Source: Oscillospiraceae bacterium (lineage in GTDB: Bacteria; Bacillota; Clostridia; Oscillospirales; Ruminococcaceae). Taken from it: 64,000 nucleotides of DNA. A program made the position numbers and the translations under genes. Of the stretch, positions 40,408-49,258 are shown piece by piece. The stretch lies in contig JAGHIE010000005.1 of the NCBI GenBank assembly GCA_017887325.1, positions 29,076 through 93,075 on the forward strand, read 5' to 3'. Positions within the stretch are counted from its first letter, which is position 1. Every line of letters starts with the position of its first letter. Below the pieces are notes generated by a model. That model was given only the letters and a program-made list of their open reading frames with translations, made no database searches and had not been told where the DNA came from.

Positions 40408-41760
40408 ATGGGATTATCAAAAACAAAAGATATGACGGTGGGCTCTCCTATGAAGCTTATTTTAGGATTTGCTGTTCCACTAATGTTTGGTAATATTTTC
40501 CAGCAATTTTATTCTATGGTTGACACTATTATAGTAGGTAGATACCTTGGAAAAGATGCTTTAGCTGGTGTAGGGTCAACAGGAGCTTTGAACTTTTTGA
40601 TATTGGGATTTTGTCTAGGAATTTGCAGTGGTTTTTCTATTCCAATAGCTCAAAGATTTGGTTCTAAAAATATTCCTGAACTTAAAAAATTTGTTGGTAA
40701 TATTATTTGGTTAGCAACAGCATTTGCTGTTGTATTCACTCTGGTGACGGCTTTGTTGTGTAGACAAATGCTAGTTTTAACTAATACACCTGATAATATA
40801 ATCAACTATTCTTATAATTATTTTTTTGTTATATTATGTGGTATTCCTGCTACAATTTTATACAATATTTTATCTGCAATGCTTAGGGCTTTAGGAGATA
40901 GTAAAACTCCCGTTATGTTTTTAGTTATGGCTTCTATCATAAACATAGTGCTTGACATTGTGTTAGTCGTTTATATTCCTTTGGGAGTTGCAGGAGCTGG
41001 TATTGCTACAGTTGTATCTCAAGGAATATCTGGAATTGCTTGTCTTATTTTTATTATGAAAAAATTTCCTATCTTACATATTAGCAAACATGACCTTAAA
41101 CCTAATTTAGGGTATATGATAGAACTTTGTGAGAACGGAGTTCCTATGGGATTACAATATTCTATCACAGCTATTGGTAGTGTAATACTTCAAACTTCTG
41201 TAAATTCTTTAGGTTCTATTGCTGTTGCATCTGTAACTGCAGCAAGTAAGTTATCAATGTTCTTCACTTGTGCATTTGATGCATTAGGTGTTGCAATGTC
41301 AACATATGGTGGCCAAAATGTTGGAGCTAAAAAATATAATCGTTTAACTTCTGGGTTGTATTCTGGTATGATTTTAGGCAGTATTTATTCTATTATAGCC
41401 CTAATAATCATTTTATTCTCAGGTAAAACTTTATTGACACTATTTGTAAGTGCTTCAGAAACACAAATAATCAATGACGCTTATAAATTCTTATTTACCA
41501 ATGTAATCTTCTTTGTATTATTAACTGGTGTAAATGTTATTAGATTATTGATACAAGGAATGGGTTATGGTAAAGTAGCAATCTTCTCAGGAATTTTTGA
41601 AATGATAGCAAGAAGTTTTATAGGATTTTTCATTGTTCCAAGATTTGGATTTTATTCTGCTTGTTACGGAAATCCTTTAGCATGGTTACTAGCTGATCTT
41701 TTCTTAGTACCTGCATTTTTCCTAGTATTAAAACATATAAAAACATGGGGACATCAATAA
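40408..41760 (+). CDS. MATE family efflux transporter
   Basis: GNIFQQFYSMVDTIIVG, GDSKTP, NIVLD, QNVGAK. Confidence 0.93.
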   Translation: MGLSKTKDMTVGSPMKLILGFAVPLMFGNIFQQFYSMVDTIIVGRYLGKDALAGVGSTGALNFLILGFCLGICSGFSIPIAQRFGSKNIPELKKFVGNIIWLATAFAVVFTLVTALLCRQMLVLTNTPDNIINYSYNYFFVILCGIPATILYNILSAMLRALGDSKTPVMFLVMASIINIVLDIVLVVYIPLGVAGAGIATVVSQGISGIACLIFIMKKFPILHISKHDLKPNLGYMIELCENGVPMGLQYSITAIGSVILQTSVNSLGSIAVASVTAASKLSMFFTCAFDALGVAMSTYGGQNVGAKKYNRLTSGLYSGMILGSIYSIIALIIILFSGKTLLTLFVSASETQIINDAYKFLFTNVIFFVLLTGVNVIRLLIQGMGYGKVAIFSGIFEMIARSFIGFFIVPRFGFYSACYGNPLAWLLADLFLVPAFFLVLKHIKTWGHQ

Positions 41761-41792
41761 ATAAAGTAGGTTTTTACCTACTTTATTTTTTT
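41760..41792. terminator. Terminator after MATE, possibly bidirectional
   Basis: AATAAAGTAGG/CCTACTTTATT stem, with a T run on plus and TTTATTTATT on minus. Confidence 0.8.
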
Positions 41793-42274
41793 ATACAATG
41801 AATTAGAGCACATCATACAAATTACCTTAAGTACAATGTGCTCTAATACGCCTCTTCAATATTCAATTTTCATTTGTCCTTTACTATATATTTTTTATTC
41901 ACTCAATCGTTTGCCCTCAAAGTTTACATTCTAACTATCATCACTCATCGTCTATCTTTAATTAATCTGTATAAGTACAGTACCTATGGATAGCACAACT
42001 TATTAACTAACGATATTTATGAATTTAAGAATTCTTGTAACTTATCTATTGACTTTATATGCTGTAAAACGGTTACAACTTTAATATCAACTATTCGTAC
42101 ATTACTCTTCTATTACTAAAAACAAACACTAACTTTTTTACTATACTATAAAGCATGACGTCTACACTTTCCAGATAACTAACTTTCTTTATAAAGTTGA
42201 TATCCAATTACTTACATAAAATCTACTTTATGAAATCTTATATAAGCTGTTGTTAAAATATCATCAATCGAAGC

Positions 42275-43310
42275 CATCTAAAATATGATTTAAATATAAC
42301 TTCTAATATCAAGTAAATTTAATACAATCTTTATCTTCTTGCTACTTTATGAGCCGAACGATAGTTTTTTCTTGTCTAATCCTCTTTATGAGATTAAAAA
42401 CAAATTATTGTAAAACTCTCTTTATGAAGTTTGATACAATACATTATAATAAATCACTTACCCAGAACAATTAAGAAGTTCCAACAGATTTTTCTTTATA
42501 AAAATCTATCTGTAAAAATTCTTCTTTATAAGAATTCTCACTTTTCTCAATTCCCATTCGATAAAGAACTTATATCTAACAATTTAACCATTCTACTTTA
42601 TTAGACTAATTAATTCAATATCTGTGACTTAAATTTACTACACTTTAAACAACACATTAGTAAAAATTTCTATAACTACTGTTTTTACTCTAATATTAGT
42701 AATAATGTAAAAATATTTTCTAAATTACTAAACATGATTGGACTTACAATCTATATAACTATAAATACGCCATCTAAAACTTTACTTGAGATACTGTAAA
42801 AATATACCTAATTAAAGTCATCTAAAATATGATCCAAGTACATCTCATATATCAAGCGAATTTACTACAATCTTTATCTTCTTGCTACTTTATGAGCTGA
42901 ACGATAGTTTTTTCTTGTCTAATCCTCTTTATGAGATTAAAAACAAATTATTGCAAAACTCTCTTTATGAAGTTTAATACAATACATTATAATAAATCAC
43001 TTACTCGAGATAATTTAAGAACATTCAACAAATCCTTCTTTATAAGTCTTTATTGGTAAAAATCTTTCTTTATAAAGAAATTTACTTTTCTTAAAAACTA
43101 CTGATATTGAAATATATATGGCATTTTAATCATTTTACTTTATTAAAACAATTAATTCGATATTCGTAACTTAAACCAACTATACTTAATACCATTTTGA
43201 ATCTCTCATTCACTTTTTATATCTCACAATAGGTACTTTATGACCAAATTGTTGTATCTGTTTTATGGACTTACAATTTATGAAATATAAAACTGCCATA
43301 CGCTAAATCT
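42275..43310. repeat. Two-copy tandem duplication, period 543-544 bp
   Basis: Core 42323-42461 vs 42866-43004 is 139 bp with 3 mismatches; flanks are more diverged but alignable (CATCTAAAATATGAT at 42275/42819; TGGACTTACAAT near both right ends). Confidence 0.95.
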
Positions 43311-43763
43311 TCTGGTGGACTCACTCCCCACAGATTACTCTTTAATCCTTCTTAGTACATTTACTGTCATTTTCATCACAACCTAATTTATATATGATAG
43401 TTGTTTGAAAAATTTCTAAGTTTTAGTACATCGGTATCTCCCTCTTTACGATTAAAGTTATGTTTAATTTTAACTTAACTATCTCATTGGACTAACCTCT
43501 TTACTATATTTTCTATACCATGTCCTTATTAATAGTATTTGATAGATTCTATATAAAAGGTTTAATAACCTAACAACTGATTATATTTTAACAATAGTTA
43601 AAGTAAATATAATGTACTTATTCCAATGTCTATCAAACTTAAATAACTAGAACAATCGCCTCACCGATTACATCTTTAATTCCTCCTAAACTATATTCCC
43701 AAATCCATTAAATAAAATTTGTTTATTTACTTTAACTTTATTGAGAACTTTTATCTTGTCTAT

Positions 43764-43792
43764 ATAATAACACCCAAATTATATTTTGTCAA
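43764..43792 (-). promoter_or_regulatory. Strong extended sigma-A promoter facing into the ORF-free region
   Basis: TTGACA (43787-43792), 17 nt spacer ending TGT, TATTAT (43764-43769), long A-tract upstream. Confidence 0.8.
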
Positions 43793-43851
43793 TAGTTTTT
43801 TTCAACTTTTTTTATTTTTTTTATTTATTTTTTATAAAGAATTAAATTCAA

Positions 43852-43880
43852 TTGACATATCTATAAAAAAACATTAAAAT
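43852..43880 (+). promoter_or_regulatory. Sigma-A promoter of the DUF1292 gene
   Basis: TTGACA-17 nt-TAAAAT, back-to-back with the leftward promoter. Confidence 0.75.
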
Positions 43881-43915
43881 CATATTGTAAATTATTGTAT
43901 AGGAGGATTACTAAT

Positions 43916-44248
43916 ATGAGTGAAAATCAAGAAAACTTAGAATATACACCTGATATCTACACATTAGTAGATGAAGAAGGAAACGAACAAGCTTTTGAAT
44001 TATTAGATGTAATGGAATTAGATGATAACACATACTTTGCTTTAATTCCTTATTTTGAAAATCCAGAAGATGCATTGAACTCAGATGCTGACTTAGTAGT
44101 ATTAAAATCTGAAATGGTTGACGGCGAAGAAATGATGGCTACAATCAATGATGATGAAGAATATGATAGAGTTGGAAATATATTCTTAGAAAAATTAGCT
44201 AATATGTATGAAGATGAAATGGAAGAACTTGGATTAGAAGTTGAATAA
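43916..44248 (+). CDS. DUF1292-like acidic protein
   Basis: IYTLVDEEGNEQAFELLD...YFAL; start at ATG 43916 behind AGGAGG. Confidence 0.85.
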   Translation: MSENQENLEYTPDIYTLVDEEGNEQAFELLDVMELDDNTYFALIPYFENPEDALNSDADLVVLKSEMVDGEEMMATINDDEEYDRVGNIFLEKLANMYEDEMEELGLEVE

Positions 44249-44310
44249 TATTTCTAAAAATTTATACTTGTATTTTTAAAAAATAGTGGTATAATATCTT
44301 TTGTAAATTA

Positions 44311-44516
44311 AATAGTTACTGCCTTGTTATAAGTCTTTGACTTTAGTTAGTACAGATTATAATAATCCAACACTTATTTAATTGGGAACCTATCTCTAAT
44401 TGTATAATTGCAGACCTCCCACTTTTGTGGACGAAGGGAGCATGTCGACAATAGGCGGTTACCCACCCTGCTATAAAGCGGGTTTTTCTTAACTGTACGA
44501 CTGCAAGGCGGTTATT
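44311..44516 (+). ncRNA. ssrS: 6S RNA
   Basis: Closing stem ACTGCCTTG/CAAGGCGGT, GTC..TTTGAC/ACGAC arm, GGGAGCATGTCGA and ACCCACC..GCGGGTT motifs as in Firmicute 6S. Own promoter TTGTAT-16-TATAAT with TG (44268-44295); about 200 nt. Ends approximate. Confidence 0.82.
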
Positions 44517-44531
44517 TTTATTTAAAAAATT

Positions 44532-44562
44532 AAAGACGACAGAAATTTCTGTCGTCTTTTTT
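44532..44562. terminator. Bidirectional terminator
   Basis: 28 bp perfect palindrome AAAGACGACAGAAATTTCTGTCGTCTTT. Confidence 0.8.
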
Positions 44563-45391
44563 ATTTTTGTGTTTTTTCTATTATTTTTTCTATTGTGTCA
44601 TTTATATAATCAGACTTAAATCTTTCTATATTACCTTCATCACATAATTTTGCAAGTGTTGGATCTATTGGCAATTTTGCAAGTATATCTAAATTAAATT
44701 CTTTTGCAACTTCTTCTATATGACTTTCTCCAAAAATTTTAAATGTACTATCACAATCTGGACACTTTACATAACTATAATTTTCTATAAGACCTAAAAC
44801 TGGAATATTCATTTTGTTAGCCATATTAACAGCTTTAGAAACAATCATTGAAACCAAATCTTGTGGAGATGTTATTACAATAATACCATCTAATGGCATT
44901 GATTGAAACACAGTAAGTGGAACATCTCCTGTTCCTGGTGGCATATCAACAAACATGTAATCCACATCTTGCCATATAACATCTGTCCAAAATTGAGTTA
45001 CTGCATTTGCAATTACAGGGCCTCTCCATACTACTGGAGTTTTTTCATCATCTAATAACAAATTTATAGACATAACATCTATCCCTGTTGATGTTTTAAC
45101 AGGTAACATTCCCGCTGTTGTTGCCAAAGCCCTTTGTCCACTCAATCCAAAAACTTTTGGTATTGATGGTCCTGTTATATCTGCATCTAATATTCCTACA
45201 TTATACCCATTTCTTCTCATAGACACACTTAATAATGATGTAACTAAAGATTTACCAACACCACCTTTACCACTTACTATACCTATTATTTTTTTTACAC
45301 TGCTCATATCATGTGGTTTTTTTATAAAACTCTCTGGTCTTTTATCTGAACATTTTGAACTACAATTACTGCAATCATGTGAACAACCCAT
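44561..45391 (-). CDS. Mrp/NBP35 (ApbC) Fe-S cluster carrier ATPase
   Basis: MGCSHDCSNC N-terminus, SGKGGVGKS, DADITGPS, WRGP, DMPPGTGD, CPDC. Start moved to ATG 45391. Confidence 0.92.
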   Translation of the reverse strand: MGCSHDCSNCSSKCSDKRPESFIKKPHDMSSVKKIIGIVSGKGGVGKSLVTSLLSVSMRRNGYNVGILDADITGPSIPKVFGLSGQRALATTAGMLPVKTSTGIDVMSINLLLDDEKTPVVWRGPVIANAVTQFWTDVIWQDVDYMFVDMPPGTGDVPLTVFQSMPLDGIIVITSPQDLVSMIVSKAVNMANKMNIPVLGLIENYSYVKCPDCDSTFKIFGESHIEEVAKEFNLDILAKLPIDPTLAKLCDEGNIERFKSDYINDTIEKIIEKTQK

Positions 45392-45401
45392 AAATAACCT
45401 C

Positions 45402-45743
45402 CTACTTTTCTTCTTCAAATCTACAATTAGAGCATAAAGCTCCTTTATTACAAGGATTATCTGCAACTGTATATGCTCCGCCTTTAATTTCAATTGACTT
45501 GCCATTGACTAACGCATCTGCAATTGTTTTATGTGCTGAATATAAAATTCGTTGAAAAGTCGCTCTTGAAACTTCCATTTTTTCTGAAGCATTATCTTGA
45601 TCTAACATTTCTAAATCAGCTAATCTTATAGCTTCTATTTCATCAAGTGTTAAAACAACTGTTCCCATACAGTCATTTTCAGGGTGAAATATATAAGATT
45701 TAGGCAAACAGCATATTTTTCTATTTTTAGTTGCTCTTGGCAC
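45402..45743 (-). CDS. DUF134 family putative DNA-binding protein
   Basis: MPRATKNRKIC, LTLDEIEAIRLAD, MEVSRATFQRI, IKGG. Start moved to GTG 45743 (GGAGG). Confidence 0.88.
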   Translation of the reverse strand: MPRATKNRKICCLPKSYIFHPENDCMGTVVLTLDEIEAIRLADLEMLDQDNASEKMEVSRATFQRILYSAHKTIADALVNGKSIEIKGGAYTVADNPCNKGALCSNCRFEEEK

Positions 45744-45769
45744 ACATTCCACCTCCAAACAAAACAATA

Positions 45770-45821
45770 ATGAGCGTATGCTCATATTGATAATTATATA
45801 TATTAAAATATTTTTTGTCAA
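45770..45821 (-). promoter_or_regulatory. Consensus promoter plus palindromic operator
   Basis: TTGACA-17-TATAAT (45793-45821), then ATGAGC-GTAT-GCTCAT (45770-45785) at the expected start site. Confidence 0.75.
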
Positions 45822-46046
45822 ATTATATTTGTACTATAAAAAGACATATTTTTTTATTTAGGTTATTGTATAATAAATTATATCGACAATCTTTTGTGCA
45901 ATTTCAACATATTGTAAAGAATATGTAAAGATAAATTGTTGTAAAACATTATTATTTATAATATGTACAAAGTGTAGTTACATATTGTTAATAATTTTAT
46001 AATAGTATATAAATAATAAATAAAATAATAAGGAGAAAGATTTTAA

Positions 46047-47987
46047 ATGAATCATAAAGTTAGTGAAAATAATAATGCAAATGATTTACCTCTATATCTA
46101 TTTCATAAAGGTGAAAATTTCAAAACATATGATTTTCTAGGCGTTCATAAAGAAAATGATGGATATGTCTTTAGAGTCTGGGCTCCAAATGCTAAAAGCA
46201 TTAAAGTAATTGGTGATTTTAGTGATTGGGATCCTGATAACTCCCCTGACATGACAAAAATTTCTGATGGTGTTTGGGAATGTTTCATAAATAAAAATTT
46301 AGAAAATAATTGCTACAAATACTATATAGAAAAACAAAATGGTGATTTTTGCTATAAAAGTGACCCTTATGGTTACTATATGCAAAAGAGACCTGATAAT
46401 GCAAGTATCGTATATAATATTGATAATTTTAAATGGACAGATAAAAGACATCAAGCTAGCAAAAGAAGAAAGAATATATTAAATTCTGCTATAAACATAT
46501 ATGAAGTTCATCTATCATCTTGGGCTCAAAAAGAAGATGGCGAATTTTATACATATTCTGAACTAGCAGAAAAAATTATCCCATACATAAAAGAAATGGG
46601 ATATACTCATATTGAATTAATGCCTATATCTGAGTATCCTTATGACCCTTCTTGGGGATATCAAGTTACAGGATATTACGCTCCAACTTCAAGGTATGGC
46701 ACACCTACAGATTTTATGAACTTTGTAAACGAGTTTCATAATGCTGGTATTGGAGTAATTCTCGATTGGGTTGGTGCTCACTTCCCTAAAGACGAAAATG
46801 GTCTTGCAGAATTTGATGGTAGTTGTTGTTATGAATATTCTGATAATTTAAAAAACGAACACCCAGAATGGAATACAAAAATATTTGATTATGGTAGAAA
46901 TGAAGTTATCTGTTTCTTAATTTCAAATGTAATGTTTTGGGCTGAAAAATACCATATAGATGGATTTAGAATTGATGCTGTTGCATCTATGCTATATCTA
47001 GATTATGGAAGACGAGGTGGAGAATGGCGTCCAAATAAATATGGTTCTAATGAAAACTTAGAAGCTATTAGCCTATTACAAAAATTAAACTCCACATTAC
47101 TTACAGAACATAAAGGAACAATAACAATCGCAGAAGAATCTACTGCTTTTCCACTAGTTACAAAACCTCCTTATGATAACGGACTAGGTTTTACATTTAA
47201 GTGGAATATGGGTTGGATGAATGACTCTTTAAGTTATTTATCAACAGATCCATTATTTAGAAAACATAATCACAATAAACTCACATTTGGTCTTACATAC
47301 GCATTTAGTGAAAACTATATTTTACCATTATCACATGACGAAGTTGTACATGGTAAAAAATCATTAATAGAAAAAATTCCTGGTGAATACGATCAAAAAT
47401 TTGATAACTTAAGAGCCTTTTATGGCTATATGATGGGTCACCCTGGAAAAAAATTAAACTTTATGGGTAATGAATTTGCACAATTTATAGAATGGGATTA
47501 TTCAAAAAGTTTAGATTGGTTTTTATTAGACTACAAAAAGCACAAACAAATGCATAACTTTGTAAAAGATTTAAACCATTTATATCTAGAACAATCTTCT
47601 CTATGGCAAAATGACTATAACTGGGAAGGTTTCAAATGGATATGTCATGATGATTACACACAAAATATAGTGTCTTTTAGAAGAATAAATCTTAAAGGAA
47701 AAGAACTTGTTTTTATATGCAACTTCTCTCCTGTTACAAGAAAAAATTACAGAATAGGTGTTCCTAACTGGGGTGTATACACACCTATACTAAATAGTGA
47801 TGATAAAAAATATGGTGGTAATGGTACAAGAGTTTCTAAAGTAAAATCTGAGGAAATTCCAAGCCATGGTTGTGACTACTCTATTTCAGTGACTGTTCCA
47901 CAAATGTCAACACTAATTTTATCTGTGACAAAACAAAAAGCACCTGCAAAAAAACAAGTTAAAGAACTGAAAAAAGATGATAAATAA
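46047..47987 (+). CDS. glgB: 1,4-alpha-glucan branching enzyme
   Basis: FRVWAPNA, IYEVH, SWGYQ, GFRIDAVASMLYLDY, AEES, LSHDEVVHGK. Confidence 0.97.
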   Translation: MNHKVSENNNANDLPLYLFHKGENFKTYDFLGVHKENDGYVFRVWAPNAKSIKVIGDFSDWDPDNSPDMTKISDGVWECFINKNLENNCYKYYIEKQNGDFCYKSDPYGYYMQKRPDNASIVYNIDNFKWTDKRHQASKRRKNILNSAINIYEVHLSSWAQKEDGEFYTYSELAEKIIPYIKEMGYTHIELMPISEYPYDPSWGYQVTGYYAPTSRYGTPTDFMNFVNEFHNAGIGVILDWVGAHFPKDENGLAEFDGSCCYEYSDNLKNEHPEWNTKIFDYGRNEVICFLISNVMFWAEKYHIDGFRIDAVASMLYLDYGRRGGEWRPNKYGSNENLEAISLLQKLNSTLLTEHKGTITIAEESTAFPLVTKPPYDNGLGFTFKWNMGWMNDSLSYLSTDPLFRKHNHNKLTFGLTYAFSENYILPLSHDEVVHGKKSLIEKIPGEYDQKFDNLRAFYGYMMGHPGKKLNFMGNEFAQFIEWDYSKSLDWFLLDYKKHKQMHNFVKDLNHLYLEQSSLWQNDYNWEGFKWICHDDYTQNIVSFRRINLKGKELVFICNFSPVTRKNYRIGVPNWGVYTPILNSDDKKYGGNGTRVSKVKSEEIPSHGCDYSISVTVPQMSTLILSVTKQKAPAKKQVKELKKDDK

Positions 47988-48050
47988 TTGATAATAATAT
48001 TATGAAATATTGCATATATATTATATAAATATTTTTAGGAGGTCATTAAA

Positions 48051-49229
48051 ATGCTAGAAAGATCAAAAGAATGTATCGCTATGCTTTTAGCTGGTGGGCA
48101 AGGAAGTAGATTAAAAGTACTTACATCAGATATCGCCAAACCAGCTGTAAGTTTTGGTGGTAAGTATAAAATCATTGACTTTACACTATCTAACTGTATT
48201 AACTCTGGTATAGATACTGTTGGTATTTTAACACAATACGAACCATTAGTATTAAACAGTTATATTGGTAATGGTCAACCTTGGGGACTAAATAGAAACT
48301 ATGGTGGGGTTAAAATACTTCCTCCATACTCTAGAAGCCAAAAGTCAGAATGGTACAAAGGTACTGCAAATGCAATATATCAAAATATTCATTATATTGA
48401 TATGTACAATCCTGAATATGTTTTAGTTTTATCAGGTGACCACATCTATAAAATGGACTATTCAAAAATGCTTGAATATCATAAAGAAAAACAAGCAGAT
48501 TGTACAATAGCTGTTATAGATGTTCCTATGGAAGAAACATATAGATTTGGTATTATTAATGCTAATGAAGACGGCTCAATATATGAATTTGAAGAAAAAC
48601 CTAAACATGCTAAAAGTACAAAGGCATCTATGGGAATTTATATATTTAAGTGGAGTGTGTTAAGAGAATACTTAATTCAAGACGAAGAAGATCCAAACTC
48701 TTCTAATGACTTTGGTAAAAATATTCTTCCTAACCTATTAAATGATGGTAAGAAACTATTTGCTTATAGTTTCTCTGGATATTGGAAAGATGTTGGTACA
48801 TTGGAAAGTCTATGGGAAGCAAATATGGATTTAATCAATCCAAATGTTGACTTTGACTTAAAAGATACTGATTTTAAAATTTATGCTAGAAACTATGCAA
48901 AACCACCTTCATTTATTTCTAAAAATTCTAGTATAAAAAATTCTATAATTTCAGAAGGTTGTAATATACAAGGTACTATTGAAAATTCAATAATATTTAC
49001 TGGTTGTACAATAGAAGAAAATGTACATATTAAAAACAGTGTTATTATGCCAAACAGCGTAATAAAATCTGGAAGTGATGTAAACTATTCTATAGTTGGT
49101 GAGAACTGTGTCATTAATGAAAATTGTACAGTAGGTAAAGATCAATTATTCAGCATACAAATTAGTGTTGTAGGAACAAATAAAGTTTTACCTGAAAATA
49201 CAACTATATTACCAAAGGAAATATTCTAA
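48051..49229 (+). CDS. glgC: ADP-glucose pyrophosphorylase catalytic subunit
   Basis: [44 protein letters not shown]. Confidence 0.97.
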   Translation: MLERSKECIAMLLAGGQGSRLKVLTSDIAKPAVSFGGKYKIIDFTLSNCINSGIDTVGILTQYEPLVLNSYIGNGQPWGLNRNYGGVKILPPYSRSQKSEWYKGTANAIYQNIHYIDMYNPEYVLVLSGDHIYKMDYSKMLEYHKEKQADCTIAVIDVPMEETYRFGIINANEDGSIYEFEEKPKHAKSTKASMGIYIFKWSVLREYLIQDEEDPNSSNDFGKNILPNLLNDGKKLFAYSFSGYWKDVGTLESLWEANMDLINPNVDFDLKDTDFKIYARNYAKPPSFISKNSSIKNSIISEGCNIQGTIENSIIFTGCTIEENVHIKNSVIMPNSVIKSGSDVNYSIVGENCVINENCTVGKDQLFSIQISVVGTNKVLPENTTILPKEIF

Positions 49230-49258
49230 TTTATTAAAATTAAGAAAAGAGGAAATTT

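Larger units (their letters stand above)
41760..43758 (-). ncRNA. Candidate long multi-hairpin non-coding RNA; both ends inferred
   Basis: No ORF in the track, strong leftward promoter, repeated AUAAAG-loop hairpins with covariation. Transcription is not demonstrated. Confidence 0.5.

Noticed and set aside
42471-42557. 28 aa frame MGIEKSENSYKEEFLQIDFYKEKSVGTS on the minus strand, with a similar YKE-containing frame in the second copy
   Set aside because: No RBS, and the second copy has no in-frame start. The shared YKE comes from the conserved TATAAAGA loop.
42187-43241. CRISPR array or type III toxin-antitoxin repeat array (some motif spacings are 36-39 nt)
   Set aside because: Only a 6-7 nt loop recurs, spacing is irregular (30-119 nt between hairpins), there is no constant repeat with unique spacers, and no cas or toxin gene is adjacent.
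44532-44559. Loop-less perfect palindromes as a mobile or REP-like family
   Set aside because: The palindromes across the window share no sequence, and each sits right after a stop codon with A/T flanks, as expected for intrinsic terminators.
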